A stretch of 64,000 bases of DNA from Synechococcus sp. (GCA_047284725.1 JBJBEO010000001.1:608001-672000); one strand, 5' to 3'; positions 50,414 to 62,309 are shown, counted from the first letter of the stretch. Notes: a model not told the origin generated them from the sequence alone. Numbers and translations are program-made.

Positions 50414-51363
50414 ATCACCTGCGTCAGAGGGCTATGGCCAAACGCCAGGGCTGTGACGAGCATGCCAAGCACAAGAAAGGGTTGGGCGCTGGCCTGATAT
50501 TTCACGTCATATTCCACGGGATCTCGCAGCAGCCAAATGTCCTGGAATGTGATCTGAGGAACCACCAGCAGCACAAGCAGAACAGCAGCAAAATGTTGTC
50601 CGATCGCAATCAGAACGGCAACCATCAGCAACTGGAAGACATCAATCATGCCTGCGCTGATCCAGCTGGCTCTCTGGATGCCGAACACCACAGGAAGCGA
50701 CTGCAAGCCGAGAGCGCGATCCCCTTCGACACTCTTGAAGTCGTTCACCACGGCAATCCCTAAGCCGGCAAGGCTGTAGGCGAGGGTGAGCAAGGCTGTG
50801 GTCCAGGTGAGCTGGCCGAAGAGCGCTTGACCTGCCCACCAGGGAAGGGCGATGTAGCTGGCCCCCAAGGCGTAATTCCCCAGCCAACCGTTCTGTTTGA
50901 GCTTCAGCGGTGGAGCGGAGTAGATGTAGCTCACAAGGGAGCCGCCCAGAGCCAGGAGGAACACAACGGGTGTGTTGTGATCGGCCCAGAGGTCAAGGCC
51001 GTAGGCCACACCAAGACCTGCCAGAAGCAGAAGCCAGATTTGCACCTTCACCTGATTCAGCGGAATCGCACCACTGGGAATCGGCCTGTAAGGCTCATTG
51101 ATCGCGTCAATTTCGCGGTCGTAATAATCGTTGATGGTTTGAGTGAAGCCGGCCAGAAGTGGACCGCTCATTACCATGCAGGCCACAGATGCAGCCAGGT
51201 GATCGAGCTTCCATTGGTAGTTGCCGCTGGCGGCAGCACCACATACAACGCCCCAGATCAGAGGAATCCAGGTGACGGGCTTCATCAGCTGCAGCCGCAG
51301 CTTCCAAAGATTGGTGGTGCCGCTGGCACCTTTCATGCCAAGCAGCTGACGCGCGTCACTCAC
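50410..51363 (-). CDS. chlG: chlorophyll synthase
   Basis: LMKPVTWIPL, NDYYDREIDAINEPYRPIPSG and NDFKSVEGD. Confidence 0.96.
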   Translation of the reverse strand: MSDARQLLGMKGASGTTNLWKLRLQLMKPVTWIPLIWGVVCGAAASGNYQWKLDHLAASVACMVMSGPLLAGFTQTINDYYDREIDAINEPYRPIPSGAIPLNQVKVQIWLLLLAGLGVAYGLDLWADHNTPVVFLLALGGSLVSYIYSAPPLKLKQNGWLGNYALGASYIALPWWAGQALFGQLTWTTALLTLAYSLAGLGIAVVNDFKSVEGDRALGLQSLPVVFGIQRASWISAGMIDVFQLLMVAVLIAIGQHFAAVLLVLLVVPQITFQDIWLLRDPVEYDVKYQASAQPFLVLGMLVTALAFGHSPLTQVM

Positions 51364-51374
51364 GGGCTTCTGCC

Positions 51375-51587
51375 TCAGGCTGCGACGATTTCGTCGTCAA
51401 AGAACCAGCAAGTCGAGCCGTTGCTGAGTTCCACCACGACACCGATGCCCTTGCCGTCAACGGTGCGGAAATCGACGACTTCCCCGCTGGCATCCTTTTT
51501 GAGAAGCTCCACAAGCGCAGTGGGAATACGGTCTCGCACGCGGGTCACCCGCACCTTTGAGCCGATGTTGATCGCCGCCTGGGACAT
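51375..51587 (-). CDS. petP: cytochrome b6f subunit PetP-like (DUF2862) protein
   Basis: IGSKVRVTRVRDRIP...DGKGIGVVVE...WFF; 70 aa, upstream of chlG. Confidence 0.75.
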   Translation of the reverse strand: MSQAAINIGSKVRVTRVRDRIPTALVELLKKDASGEVVDFRTVDGKGIGVVVELSNGSTCWFFDDEIVAA

Positions 51588-51653
51588 GGCCTGCAAGGCT
51601 TGGAAAGTGGGCGTCACCTTAACAGTTATGCCCCTTGATCCCTTCAATTCGTC

Positions 51654-52439
51654 ATGGTCGCCCTTCGTCTGATTCCCTGCCTTGATGTGGCCGATGGCCG
51701 AGTGGTGAAAGGGGTCAATTTCGTTGGCCTCCGCGATGCTGGAGACCCCGTGGAGTTGGCCTGTCGTTACAGCCAGGCTGGTGCCGACGAACTGGTCTTT
51801 CTTGATATCGCCGCCAGCCATCAGGGGCGCGGCACCCTGATCGATATGGTGCGACGCACCGCTGCGCAGGTCACGATACCCTTCACTGTGGGGGGAGGAA
51901 TCTCCACGGTGGATGGCATCACTGAGCTGCTGCGGGCTGGGGCCGACAAGGTGAGCCTCAATTCGTCGGCTGTGCGAGATCCGGAGCTGGTGGCAAGAGG
52001 CGCGGATCGCTTCGGTTGCCAGTGCATCGTTGTGGCGATTGATGCCAGGAGGCGGCAGGAGGCCAGGCCAGGCTGGGATGTGTTCGTCAAAGGTGGACGC
52101 GACAACACTGGGCTGGATGTGGTGACTTGGGCGCGTCGCGTGGCAGATCTTGGTGCAGGTGAAATTCTGCTGACGTCCATGGATGGCGATGGAACCCAAG
52201 CCGGCTACGACCTGGAGCTGACGCGAGCGGTGGCGCAAGCCGTGCCAGTTCCGGTGATTGCATCCGGCGGAGCAGGCTGCCTCGATCACATTGCGGCTGC
52301 GCTCGACCAAGGGGAGGCAGGCGGGCAGGCCTCTGCCGCGTTGCTGGCGTCACTGCTTCACGACGGTGTTCTCACGGTGCAGCAGATCAAACAGGATTTG
52401 CTGCGAAGGGGCATGGCCATTCGCCCTCCGGAAGCCTGA
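51654..52439 (+). CDS. hisF: imidazole glycerol phosphate synthase cyclase subunit
   Basis: [33 protein letters not shown] and ASGGAG. Confidence 0.97.
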   Translation: MVALRLIPCLDVADGRVVKGVNFVGLRDAGDPVELACRYSQAGADELVFLDIAASHQGRGTLIDMVRRTAAQVTIPFTVGGGISTVDGITELLRAGADKVSLNSSAVRDPELVARGADRFGCQCIVVAIDARRRQEARPGWDVFVKGGRDNTGLDVVTWARRVADLGAGEILLTSMDGDGTQAGYDLELTRAVAQAVPVPVIASGGAGCLDHIAAALDQGEAGGQASAALLASLLHDGVLTVQQIKQDLLRRGMAIRPPEA

Positions 52440-52487
52440 GATCACTTCCTAGGCTGAATCAGTCGTTTTTCATTTGTCGGTCTAGCC

Positions 52488-52706
52488 ATGACTGGCCTGT
52501 CACTGATCAGTCACGACTGGATGTTGCCGCTTGGCCTGGGCAGCACTGTTCTTGTGATTGGCCTCGTGGCATGGGCCATGTCCTTGATGCAGGCTGCGAT
52601 CGATCAACGCGAATTTTCGTTGATGCTGGCTGGATGTCTGGTGTGTTCGGCTGCTGTTGGGATCACCCTGGTGATGGTAATCACCCTGAATGGAGTGCCA
52701 GCCTGA
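52488..52706 (+). CDS. small 2-TM hypothetical protein
   Basis: Two hydrophobic helices; fills the gap between hisF and menG. Confidence 0.6.
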   Translation: MTGLSLISHDWMLPLGLGSTVLVIGLVAWAMSLMQAAIDQREFSLMLAGCLVCSAAVGITLVMVITLNGVPA

Positions 52707-52709
52707 ACC

Positions 52710-53417
52710 ATGCCCGTGAAACCAGGTGATCCGGAAGCGGTTGAGCAGTTGTTCAACGATGTGGCCCCACGCTACGACCGTCTGAATGATCTGCTCAGCA
52801 TGGGTCTGCATCGCCAATGGAAGCGTCAGCTGCTGGCTTGGTTGCGCCCTTCGACAGGTGAACGTTGGCTCGATCTTTGTTGTGGCACGGGTGATCTCGC
52901 CCTGGCGCTGGCGCGCACTGTTCGTCCCGGTGGTGCAGTGGTGGGGCTCGATGCCGCGGCAACGCCCTTGGAGGTGGCCCGGGAGCGGTCCGCTCGGGAG
53001 CCTTGGCTGCATGTGAGTTGGCAGCACGGGGATGCACTTTGCACGGGTCTGCCCGCTGCCTCGTTTGATGGTGTGGTGATGGCCTATGGCCTGCGTAACC
53101 TGGCTGATGCCCGGGCTGGGCTGGCAGAGATGCATCGCCTGCTCAGGCCAGGTGGGCGTGCGGGAGTGCTTGATTTCAACCGGTTACCAGCGTCGAGTTG
53201 GCAGGCTTCCTTTCAACGGCTTTACCTCCGCCGCATGGTTGTCCCAGCGGCCTCGCTGGTGGGATTGCAGTCTCAGTACGCCTATCTGGAAGACAGCCTG
53301 AAACGTTTTGCCACTGGAGCGGAGCAGGAAGCGATGGCCATGGATGTGGGGTTTCGTTCGGCGCGGCACCGGTCTTTGGTGGCGGGCCAGATGGGCGTTC
53401 TGCTGCTCGAGCAATGA
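52710..53417 (+). CDS. menG: demethylphylloquinol/menaquinone methyltransferase (UbiE family)
   Basis: FNDVAPRYDRLNDLLS, DLCCGTGD, YGLRN and YAYL. Confidence 0.88.
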   Translation: MPVKPGDPEAVEQLFNDVAPRYDRLNDLLSMGLHRQWKRQLLAWLRPSTGERWLDLCCGTGDLALALARTVRPGGAVVGLDAAATPLEVARERSAREPWLHVSWQHGDALCTGLPAASFDGVVMAYGLRNLADARAGLAEMHRLLRPGGRAGVLDFNRLPASSWQASFQRLYLRRMVVPAASLVGLQSQYAYLEDSLKRFATGAEQEAMAMDVGFRSARHRSLVAGQMGVLLLEQ

Positions 53418-53496
53418 CTCGTTTCGCAAGTTGCGTCGCTTGCGACCAGGGCCTGGGAGAGATTAGAAAGAAATTCTTAAGAAGTGGTCGTTGGTC

Positions 53497-53847
53497 ATGG
53501 CCTTCCCCCTCCCGTTGCTGCTCGCCTCGATTGAGGACCTGTTGCTGGAGGTGCAATGGCTGGACGGCATGGTGTTGGTCACGGATTCCCAGCGCGCCAC
53601 CTTCGTGTCGTTTTCCCAGGTTGATCCTGTCTTGCGCCGCCTACGGGCCAGGCCCAAAGGGATGGAAGTGGCGGAAAAGCTCTGCATGTCGTTGCTGGAA
53701 TCCCACGGCAAAGCCGCAGCCAAGCCGGTGCTTGTGTTTCAGGGTGATGGCAGCTTCTGGCTCGGGATGATGAGCCCGAGCCGCGGCAATCCCCACCGCC
53801 ATCACGCCGTCGCCCATCTGCATCGTTGTCTGGCTCAGAGCAATTGA
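53497..53847 (+). CDS. hypothetical protein
   Basis: Host-like ORF filling the menG-glyQ gap. Confidence 0.6.
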   Translation: MAFPLPLLLASIEDLLLEVQWLDGMVLVTDSQRATFVSFSQVDPVLRRLRARPKGMEVAEKLCMSLLESHGKAAAKPVLVFQGDGSFWLGMMSPSRGNPHRHHAVAHLHRCLAQSN

Positions 53848-53900
53848 TGTCCAGCCGCCACCCCCGGGCAGGACAATGAATGGCAACCAATCCGGCACGG

Positions 53901-54788
53901 ATGCATTTCCAGGACATCATCAGCACCCTCAATCGCTTCTGGGCGGATCAGGGTTGTCTGCTGCTGCAGCCCTACGACACGGAAAAGGGCGCTGGCACGA
54001 TGAGTCCGCATACGGTGTTGCGGGCGATCGGTCCTGAGCCCTGGGCGGTCGCCTATCCCGAGCCCTGCAGGCGCCCCACGGATGGCCGTTACGGTGATAA
54101 CCCCAATCGCGCCCAGCACTACTTCCAGTATCAGGTGCTGATGAAGCCTTCCCCGGACGGTATTCAGGAGACCTATCTCGCCTCCTTGGAGGCCATGGGA
54201 ATCAAAGCTGCCGACCACGACATCCGTTTTGTCGAAGACAACTGGGAATCGCCCACCCTCGGTGCGTGGGGCGTGGGTTGGGAAGTGTGGCTCGACGGCA
54301 TGGAGGTGACACAGTTCACCTACTTCCAGCAATGCGGTGGCCTGGATTGCCGCCCGGTCTCGATCGAGATCACCTACGGCCTTGAGCGTCTTGCCATGTA
54401 TCTCCAGGATGTGGAGAGTATCTGGGATCTGAGCTGGAATGCCGATCGCAAGTACGGCGATATCTGGTTGCCGTTCGAAAAGGGACAGTGTCACTTCAAT
54501 TTCGAAGCCTCCAATCCCGAACGGCTCAAGCAGTTGTTTGCCATTTACGAAGCCGAAGCGAGCGACTTGATCGCGCAGAACCTGCCGGCTCCGGCCCTCG
54601 ATTTCGTGCTCAAGTGCTCCCACACCTTCAATCTGCTCGAGGCAAGGGGAGTGATCTCAGTGACCGAACGCACGGCCACCATTGGCCGTATTCGCAATCT
54701 GGCTCGCAAGGTGGCTGAAGCCTGGTTGGCCGAACGTGAAGCCCTGGGCTTTCCATTGCTGAAAGAGCCGGTCCCTTTGAAAGTCTGA
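53901..54788 (+). CDS. glyQ: glycine--tRNA ligase alpha subunit
   Basis: [34 protein letters not shown] and EITYGLER. Confidence 0.97.
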   Translation: MHFQDIISTLNRFWADQGCLLLQPYDTEKGAGTMSPHTVLRAIGPEPWAVAYPEPCRRPTDGRYGDNPNRAQHYFQYQVLMKPSPDGIQETYLASLEAMGIKAADHDIRFVEDNWESPTLGAWGVGWEVWLDGMEVTQFTYFQQCGGLDCRPVSIEITYGLERLAMYLQDVESIWDLSWNADRKYGDIWLPFEKGQCHFNFEASNPERLKQLFAIYEAEASDLIAQNLPAPALDFVLKCSHTFNLLEARGVISVTERTATIGRIRNLARKVAEAWLAEREALGFPLLKEPVPLKV

Positions 54789-54805
54789 GGCGGTGTTAGC
54801 CCCTC

Positions 54806-56743
54806 ATGGGCGGGGAATCCTTTCGGGGCGTTGCCTCGGCAGAGATGCCCGCAGCTCTGGCGGTTGCCTTGCTTCTTCTCCTCAGCCTGCTGGGGTCGGC
54901 CTTGGCTCAGGCGCTCTGGCAGTGGTTGTTGCTTGCCATGTTGCTGCTGTTGGGCAGCTGCTGGGTGGTGCACCAACGGTCGCTGGCGCGCGTTCAGGCC
55001 TTTCTCCTTGCTCTGGCTCTCGCACTCAGTGCTCTGCGGGGAGGCCTGGGGACTCAGCTTCGTCCGGACGCTCTGGACCCTGTGCACGCCATTGCCCAGC
55101 CAGCCGTCATTCAGGTGATCGAAGCGCGCCTGATCCGCGATGCGCCCGTCCGCCGCGATCGATGTCAGGCATTGACTCAGGTGCGACGGGTGGATGGTGA
55201 GCGCCGCCATGGATTGACGGAGTTGCTGTTGTCGCCTTGCCCGGCACCTGTTCGTGCCGGTGTGCTGTTTCGTGCCGAGGGCCAATTGATCAGGCCCGCG
55301 GCCGCTCGCCATCCCCGAATGTCGTCGGCAGCCCAACGCCTTCACAGCCGTGGTAGCTGGACGCAGTTCCGAACCCAGCATCTCCAGCTGTTGGGTCAGC
55401 GTTGGACGCCCTTGGCCGATGGGCGGCGCCGGATTGAAGCGCGCCTCAAGACTCAGGCCGGCAACAGCACAGGATCCTTGCTGGCGTCACTGGTGCTGGG
55501 GGGTGCCCAGGTGGAGTTGCCGCCTGACCTGAAGCAGGCCTTTCGCGTGGCGGGTCTGTCCCATGCGTTGGCCGCATCGGGGTTTCATCTTTCGGTGTTG
55601 CTGGGAGCCGTGTTGGTGGTGACGCGTCAAACCCCCGTGTCGGTGCGACTGCTTGGGGGGATGGGGGCGATGGTCTTGTTTCTTGGGCTGGCTGGTCCGC
55701 AACCGTCGGTGGTCAGAGCTGTACTGATGGGTTTGGCGGCTTTGGTGATCCGTGAGCAGGGATCCCGCACGCGTCCTCTGGGGGTGTTGGTGCTTGTGCT
55801 GTTGCTGATGCTCTGGATCCATCCCGCTTGGGCGTGCTCCATTGGCTTCCAGCTCAGTGCCGCCGCCACGGCTGGGTTGGTGATCACCGCGCCTGGTCTT
55901 GAGCAGGCACTCCTGCCGCTGCTGGGCTGGCCGTGGCCCGGGCTGGCTGCCGCCACGGCGGTTCCCCTCGCGGCCATGGCCTGGACTTTGCCACTGCAGT
56001 GGCTGCATTTCGGCGCCATGCCCCTCTACGCCTTGGTGGCCAACCTTGTGGTGGCACCGCTTCTGGCGCCACTCACCTTGGCGTCCATGCTGCTGGCTCT
56101 GATCCACTTGATCCTCCCCCAGGCCGCGGCTCTGCCGTTGTCATCGCTGTTGGTGATCCCGGTAAAAGCCCTGGCGGGGCTGTTGATTGCCGTGGTGACG
56201 ACGATCAGTCAGTGGCCCCTGGCGGAGTTGCTCACCGGTCGTCCGCAGCCATGGATGGTGCTGGTGTTGATCCTGGCGCTGTTGCCTTGGTGGCTGCCGT
56301 GGATGCGTCCTTGGCGTTGGCGCGTTTCTCCCCTTTTGGTACTTGTGGTGCTGACCCATGGCGCTCTGCAGCTGGAGGATGCCGTCGTGCGCGTGGAGCA
56401 ATGGGGTCGGCAATGGGTGCTGCTCAGGCATCGCGGCCGTGCGGCGCTGATCACGAGTGATGGCGACGGTCTCAGTTGTCATGGAGCCAGGCAGCTTCAA
56501 CGAGGGCATGGTCATGGCCGGTTGGACTGGGTCGTGATCCTGGATCCTGTCGCGACGGATCAGTTGGCCTGTTGGCGCGCGCTGGCGCACACGGTGCAAG
56601 GGGAACAGCGGGGTTTGTCTGCATTGACGTTGGGGCAACGGATGGCGTCGCCTGGTTTGTGGCTTCAGCCTGTTGATCGTCGGGGCAGGCAGTACACCCT
56701 CCAGGCAGGCCGTCGTGCGTTTCGCCTGCGTCGAAAGGTTTAA
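54806..56743 (+). CDS. comEC: competence DNA uptake channel ComEC
   Basis: GLSHALAASGFH, PSVVRA, GFQLS and ANL; many TM segments. Confidence 0.88.
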   Translation: MGGESFRGVASAEMPAALAVALLLLLSLLGSALAQALWQWLLLAMLLLLGSCWVVHQRSLARVQAFLLALALALSALRGGLGTQLRPDALDPVHAIAQPAVIQVIEARLIRDAPVRRDRCQALTQVRRVDGERRHGLTELLLSPCPAPVRAGVLFRAEGQLIRPAAARHPRMSSAAQRLHSRGSWTQFRTQHLQLLGQRWTPLADGRRRIEARLKTQAGNSTGSLLASLVLGGAQVELPPDLKQAFRVAGLSHALAASGFHLSVLLGAVLVVTRQTPVSVRLLGGMGAMVLFLGLAGPQPSVVRAVLMGLAALVIREQGSRTRPLGVLVLVLLLMLWIHPAWACSIGFQLSAAATAGLVITAPGLEQALLPLLGWPWPGLAAATAVPLAAMAWTLPLQWLHFGAMPLYALVANLVVAPLLAPLTLASMLLALIHLILPQAAALPLSSLLVIPVKALAGLLIAVVTTISQWPLAELLTGRPQPWMVLVLILALLPWWLPWMRPWRWRVSPLLVLVVLTHGALQLEDAVVRVEQWGRQWVLLRHRGRAALITSDGDGLSCHGARQLQRGHGHGRLDWVVILDPVATDQLACWRALAHTVQGEQRGLSALTLGQRMASPGLWLQPVDRRGRQYTLQAGRRAFRLRRKV

Positions 56744-56807
56744 CGCTGACCGCGCTGTAATGGGGCAACGCTGACCGCTAAGATTGGTTCACGCCTTTGG
56801 GCGATGT

Positions 56808-56894
56808 GGAGAGGTGGCAGAGCCCGGTTGAATGCGCACGACTCGAAATCGTGTAGGGGTAATACCCTCGTGGGTTCGAATCCCACCCTCTCCG
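56808..56894 (+). tRNA. tRNA-Ser (anticodon CGA)
   Basis: GGAGAGG/CCTCTCC acceptor stem, anticodon arm CACGA-CTCGAAA-TCGTG, long variable arm and GTTCGAA T-loop; CCA not encoded. Confidence 0.96.
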
Positions 56895-57472
56895 TTTCAG
56901 ATAGGACCTTGTGGTCGCCCCGGATCCTCCCTGTTCCATTGTGGTGACAGAGTTCTTTTGCGTTTGTCTGTCCTGTTTGTTTTCCTGGAAACTCAGGATG
57001 GTTCTCAAATTTGTTGGGTGGATCAGAAGTCGAGGGCACGCACTCGAAGGAAGAGGTCCGTTTTGGTGGATAGAGCGTCTTCTGAGGGCGTCGAGCTTGA
57101 TCTCAAGGCTTTCCTGAAGACAGCAGTTCGTGCTGTGGTCGTGGCTCAAGAGCCGATCAAGATTGATCATTTTTGTGTGGTTTCAGGCGAGCACTGGCAC
57201 TCACATGACCTTGCAGGAGCGATGAGTTAACGGTTTGCGCTTTTGCTCAACACCATGCGAACAACGTGCTCGATGGCATCCTGATGTCAGGGCTGCGATG
57301 GGGAAATTGTTTGGAGGGGCAGACGGTGTTCCAGGGATGAGCGATTGTCGATGACTTGTGATCGTTAACTGCCTTGGGAAGGTGTTTTCAGTGTGGAACT
57401 AAGCGTCCAAAAGGATTGCTGTTTAAGTTCTCACGTCTGTCCTGATTGCTTCTATCTGTACGTTCCCAATTG

Positions 57473-57730
57473 TCAAGAGTGGAAAAGTAGCACTAATCCT
57501 TGCGTCACCTGGTGAAATTCGCGTTCTTCTCGGCTGAGGTCCAGACCCACTTCTAATCCTTCCTTGAGTGCATGGTCGAATGGTGGAGTCGATGGTGTAT
57601 TTGTGCTGTTCCAAAGCGCTGCAATCCCCACGGGTGTGGCGTGCCAGCTGAAGCAATCCGTTGTGCCGATCGCAGGCTCTCTCAGGGAATCTTCCAGCAG
57701 CGTGTTGATTGCCAAGGGGTGTGTCGCCAT
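57473..57730 (-). CDS. small hypothetical protein
   Basis: 85-aa ORF (WHATPVGIAALW...LDLSREERE) divergent from the glycosyltransferase. Confidence 0.6.
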   Translation of the reverse strand: MATHPLAINTLLEDSLREPAIGTTDCFSWHATPVGIAALWNSTNTPSTPPFDHALKEGLEVGLDLSREEREFHQVTQGLVLLFHS

Positions 57731-57806
57731 GCTGCATAGCTTCGAGATTTCTTCTCAGGGGTGCAATCAGCTGAGAGACTTCTTGATGTAGATGCATTCT
57801 TGCGGG

Positions 57807-59060
57807 ATGACGGTGACGGTCCAGGGATCGGTGGACTTGCCGTCACGCATTGCCCTGGTGCATGAATGGTTCTCGCCCCGCTCCGTGGGTGGGGCTGAGC
57901 AGGTCGTGGATGCCATCGATCATCTGCTGACCGCCCGAGGGCGGAGACCTGAACTTGCGGCTCTCGTCGATGGTGAATCCATGCGCCCGCAGAGCCGCTG
58001 GGCTGGACGTCGCATTCTCACCAGTCCGATTCAGCACTTGCCTTGGGGCGTGAGTCACGTGCAGCAATACCTCCCGTTGCTTCCAGTGGCGATTGAACAG
58101 ATCGACCTGGGTGACTACCCCTTGGTGATCAGCAGCAGTCACCTGGTGGCCAAAGGCGTCCTGACGTCGCCCGACCAGTTGCATCTCAGTTACGTGCATA
58201 CCCCCGTGCGTTACGCCTGGGATCAGATGCATGCCTATCTTCGCCGTTCCGCGTTGGCCCGTCGCGGCCTGGGCCCGTGGATTCGCTGGCAGCTCCATGC
58301 CTTGCGCCAATGGGATCAGCTCAGTGCAGCGAGAGTGGATGTCCTGCTCGCCAATTCACGCTTCACGGCTCGGAGGATCCGGCAGTTCTGGCAGCGCGAT
58401 GCCCAGGTATTGCATCCGCCTGTGCAGGTTGATCGGTTTTCGTGGGATCAGCCCAGAGGCAACGCTTATCTCTGCGTCTGTCGATTGGTTCCTTACAAGC
58501 GAGTGGATGTCGTGGTTGAGGCGTTCAATCGTCTTCGCCTGCCTCTGCAGGTGGTGGGTGATGGCCCTGAGCGGCGTCGCTTGGAGCAGCTGGCTGGTCC
58601 GACGGTTCAGATCCTCGGCCGTCAGAGTCAGACACAGGTGGAAGCGTTGATGGCTCAATGTCGAGCCTTTGTGTACGCGGGGTTGGAGGATTTCGGTATC
58701 GCACCGGTGGAGGCGATGGCCTCTGGAGCGCCTGTGATCGGCCTGGCACGAGGAGGACTGCTGGACAGCGTTCGCTGTGCGGCGGCTGGCCATGAGCGGC
58801 CGACGGGGGTGTTGTTCCCCGATCAGACGCCAGCGTCGGTGGCGGCTGCGGTGGAGTGGTTTGAAGAGCAGCAGTTGTGGCGGGAGCTGGTGCCTGAAAC
58901 GCTTCGTGAATGGGCTGAGCGGTTCAGGCCAGAGGCCTTTGCGTCGCGTTTTGAGACAGTGCTGCGGCAGGCCTGGGATGACCATCAAAGTACCTGTGCC
59001 GTTGCCGCGAGTGACCCACTCGCTCTCTTCGGTACGCCCCGTTGCGGTTCAGTAGGGTGA
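57807..59060 (+). CDS. glycosyltransferase family 4
   Basis: ALVHEW..GGAE, YVHTPVRYAWD, RLVPYKR and EDFGIAPVEAMASG. Confidence 0.9.
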   Translation: MTVTVQGSVDLPSRIALVHEWFSPRSVGGAEQVVDAIDHLLTARGRRPELAALVDGESMRPQSRWAGRRILTSPIQHLPWGVSHVQQYLPLLPVAIEQIDLGDYPLVISSSHLVAKGVLTSPDQLHLSYVHTPVRYAWDQMHAYLRRSALARRGLGPWIRWQLHALRQWDQLSAARVDVLLANSRFTARRIRQFWQRDAQVLHPPVQVDRFSWDQPRGNAYLCVCRLVPYKRVDVVVEAFNRLRLPLQVVGDGPERRRLEQLAGPTVQILGRQSQTQVEALMAQCRAFVYAGLEDFGIAPVEAMASGAPVIGLARGGLLDSVRCAAAGHERPTGVLFPDQTPASVAAAVEWFEEQQLWRELVPETLREWAERFRPEAFASRFETVLRQAWDDHQSTCAVAASDPLALFGTPRCGSVG

Positions 59061-59077
59061 GACGCATGGGAGACAGG

Positions 59078-59836
59078 ATGGTCAATGCTCCGCGTCGTCT
59101 TGTTTTTCCTGCCACCAGTGCTTCATTGAAGCGTCGCGCCAGTCGCCGTCACCTTGCGTTGTTAGCGGCTCCTCCTTCAACACTCACAGCGGGTGCTCTC
59201 GTCAGGCAGCAGAGCACCACAGGGCGCAGTCTCAAGCGCACTGGCGATGTGCTCTTCTCTCTGAGCGTGCTTCTTCTCGGTTCGCCTGTCTTCCTGTTGC
59301 TGGCGGTTCTTGTGAAGGTCAGTTCGCCGGGGCCGGTGTTTTACGTGCAGCGCCGGGTCGGTCGCGGGTACCGCCACTTCGGCTGCATCAAGTTCCGCAC
59401 CATGCGACCTGATGCTGATCGGGTGCTGGCCCGTGTGTTGGCGGAGTCTCCGGAGATGCGTGCCGAGTTCGAACGGGATTTCAAGCTGCGCGAAGACCCC
59501 CGCATCACACCGATCGGGCGCTTTCTTCGCCGGTCGAGCTTGGATGAGCTGCCCCAGTTTCTCAACGTGCTTCGCGGCGAGATGAGTTTGGTGGGGCCTC
59601 GGCCGATCGTTGATAAGGAGATCAATCGCTACGGCCCTTACATGGATGAAGTGTTGGCGGTCAGGCCAGGTCTCACGGGCCTTTGGCAGGTGAGTGGGCG
59701 GAATAATCTGAGTTATGCCAAGCGTGTGCGGTTGGACGTGGCCTATGCCCGAGGCCGCTCGTTCTTGCTCGATTTTGCAATCATCCTGCGCACCTTCGGT
59801 GTGTTGCTGCTGCCCATGGATCGAGGTGCCTACTGA
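59078..59836 (+). CDS. monotopic phosphoglycosyl transferase (WcaJ/PglC-like sugar transferase)
   Basis: KRTGD, KFRTM, DPRIT, SLDELPQ, MSLVGPRP and PGLTGLWQV. Confidence 0.92.
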   Translation: MVNAPRRLVFPATSASLKRRASRRHLALLAAPPSTLTAGALVRQQSTTGRSLKRTGDVLFSLSVLLLGSPVFLLLAVLVKVSSPGPVFYVQRRVGRGYRHFGCIKFRTMRPDADRVLARVLAESPEMRAEFERDFKLREDPRITPIGRFLRRSSLDELPQFLNVLRGEMSLVGPRPIVDKEINRYGPYMDEVLAVRPGLTGLWQVSGRNNLSYAKRVRLDVAYARGRSFLLDFAIILRTFGVLLLPMDRGAY

Positions 59837-59848
59837 GCCCTTTTGCGT

Positions 59849-60874
59849 TTAGCCAGTGAGCAAGACAGTGAGTGGAGGAATGAGCCAAGCCAGCTCAAGC
59901 CTCTGGCTGAAACGAAGAATTCGCATCACACCTGTTGTGCTTGGAGCTGGATGAGCAGCAGCGAGCAGCGGCTTCATGACCCAGCGGTCGCCGTAACGGT
60001 TGCGACCTCCCATCCTAATGCCAGCGCAATGGGCGTAGATCGCTTCTGCTCGTCCGGCATTGGGCGATGGGTCGAACCTTCCTTCTCGTTCAGCTGCCCT
60101 CACCAGCTGAAGCCACCGATTCCATGGGGCGCTCACCAACGGCAGGCTTAACATCACAAGGCGACAGGCAGGCCAGACCAGCAGGTCATCGAGCCTGGCG
60201 CCAGCGGTGCCAAGCCATCGCAATCGACCGGTGCGATAGCCCAGCATCGAATCCAGCGTGCTGGCTGCTTTGAACGCCCAGGCCAGAGCAAGTGGACCAG
60301 GCCCGCAGGCATTGATTTGCCAAACCATCAGGCCCGCCAGCATCCAGAACAGGGGCGCAAATAACCCATCCACGGCGTTTTCAGCCGCGGTTTCAGCTGC
60401 GGCCCTGAGGATGTCTTCCCGTCTGAGATGGCTGGTGTCGCGACCGACGATCCACTGCAGCCGTTGACGGGCCAAGGCTTCATCTCCCGACGCGATCGCA
60501 TCCAGGACCGCCTGCACGGCCTGTTCAAGGCTGCGGCCCGCCAGAGCACTGGCCAAGCCGATCACCATCAGTAGCTGGCTGGTGAGCGTCAGCCAGCTCT
60601 GCTCGGTCATCCACCGGCCTTGGGCGAGTTGTTCCAGGCACCAGCCCCAGAGTCCGCTGCCGCCTACCAGTCCGAGCGTGATGCCCACACCACTCAGCCG
60701 AAGACGTCCGGGGGAGTCTTGGGCCCATGCTTCCGCCCCTTTGCGCAGGCACGTGATCCACCATCCCATCACCACCACAGGATGCGGCCACCGGAGCGGA
60801 TCGCCGATGCTGCGATCGAGCAGAACCGCCAGCAGGATGCATCCGCTGGCCATGGCGGGCGGGTGCAGCATCAT
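59849..60874 (-). CDS. cbiB: adenosylcobinamide-phosphate synthase
   Basis: GDP..WPHPV, IVGRDT, ETAAENAVDG, TLDSMLGY and SPNAG. Confidence 0.9.
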   Translation of the reverse strand: MMLHPPAMASGCILLAVLLDRSIGDPLRWPHPVVVMGWWITCLRKGAEAWAQDSPGRLRLSGVGITLGLVGGSGLWGWCLEQLAQGRWMTEQSWLTLTSQLLMVIGLASALAGRSLEQAVQAVLDAIASGDEALARQRLQWIVGRDTSHLRREDILRAAAETAAENAVDGLFAPLFWMLAGLMVWQINACGPGPLALAWAFKAASTLDSMLGYRTGRLRWLGTAGARLDDLLVWPACRLVMLSLPLVSAPWNRWLQLVRAAEREGRFDPSPNAGRAEAIYAHCAGIRMGGRNRYGDRWVMKPLLAAAHPAPSTTGVMRILRFSQRLELAWLIPPLTVLLTG

Positions 60875-61171
60875 CGCTTGTCTGAAGCGGGATCTGAGGC
60901 CTCGCTGATGCCAGCTGTCAAGACTCCTGTACAAACCAGTGACAGGGCCACCCAGCGCCGCCGCAGTTCACCCATCATCTCCAGACCGATGCTGCGACTC
61001 AGCACTTCATCTTCCGGCTTGGCCGATGATGAGACGGGTTGCGATCAAGACGTGTCTCGGAGATCGTTGCACTGCGCGTTGCAAAATCTGAGGCACCGCC
61101 TCCGGCGTTGAATCCGCTGTTCGCAGGGGTGGAACGGCAGGTTCCACCCCTTGGCTGCCTCAGCAGGACGA

Positions 61172-62203
<1,032 letters not shown>

Positions 62204-62309
62204 TTACGCAAGCGCTGGATAGAACCCGCCTCAGAGTCCCGTCGAAGACGGTTGCAAAGGGGTTGGAGCCTGGGTGTCTGGGCTCTAGCGTGGGCTTCCT
62301 TGACTGCAG

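Noticed and set aside
51588..52310. 5' extension of the 311-aa ORF ending at 51375
   Set aside because: It is antisense to hisF; only the last 70 codons (PetP-like) look real.
56895..57470. Possible integrative element at tRNA-Ser
   Set aside because: No integrase, and I could not find a duplicated tRNA 3' end. The short ORFs here overlap the tRNA and have no motifs.
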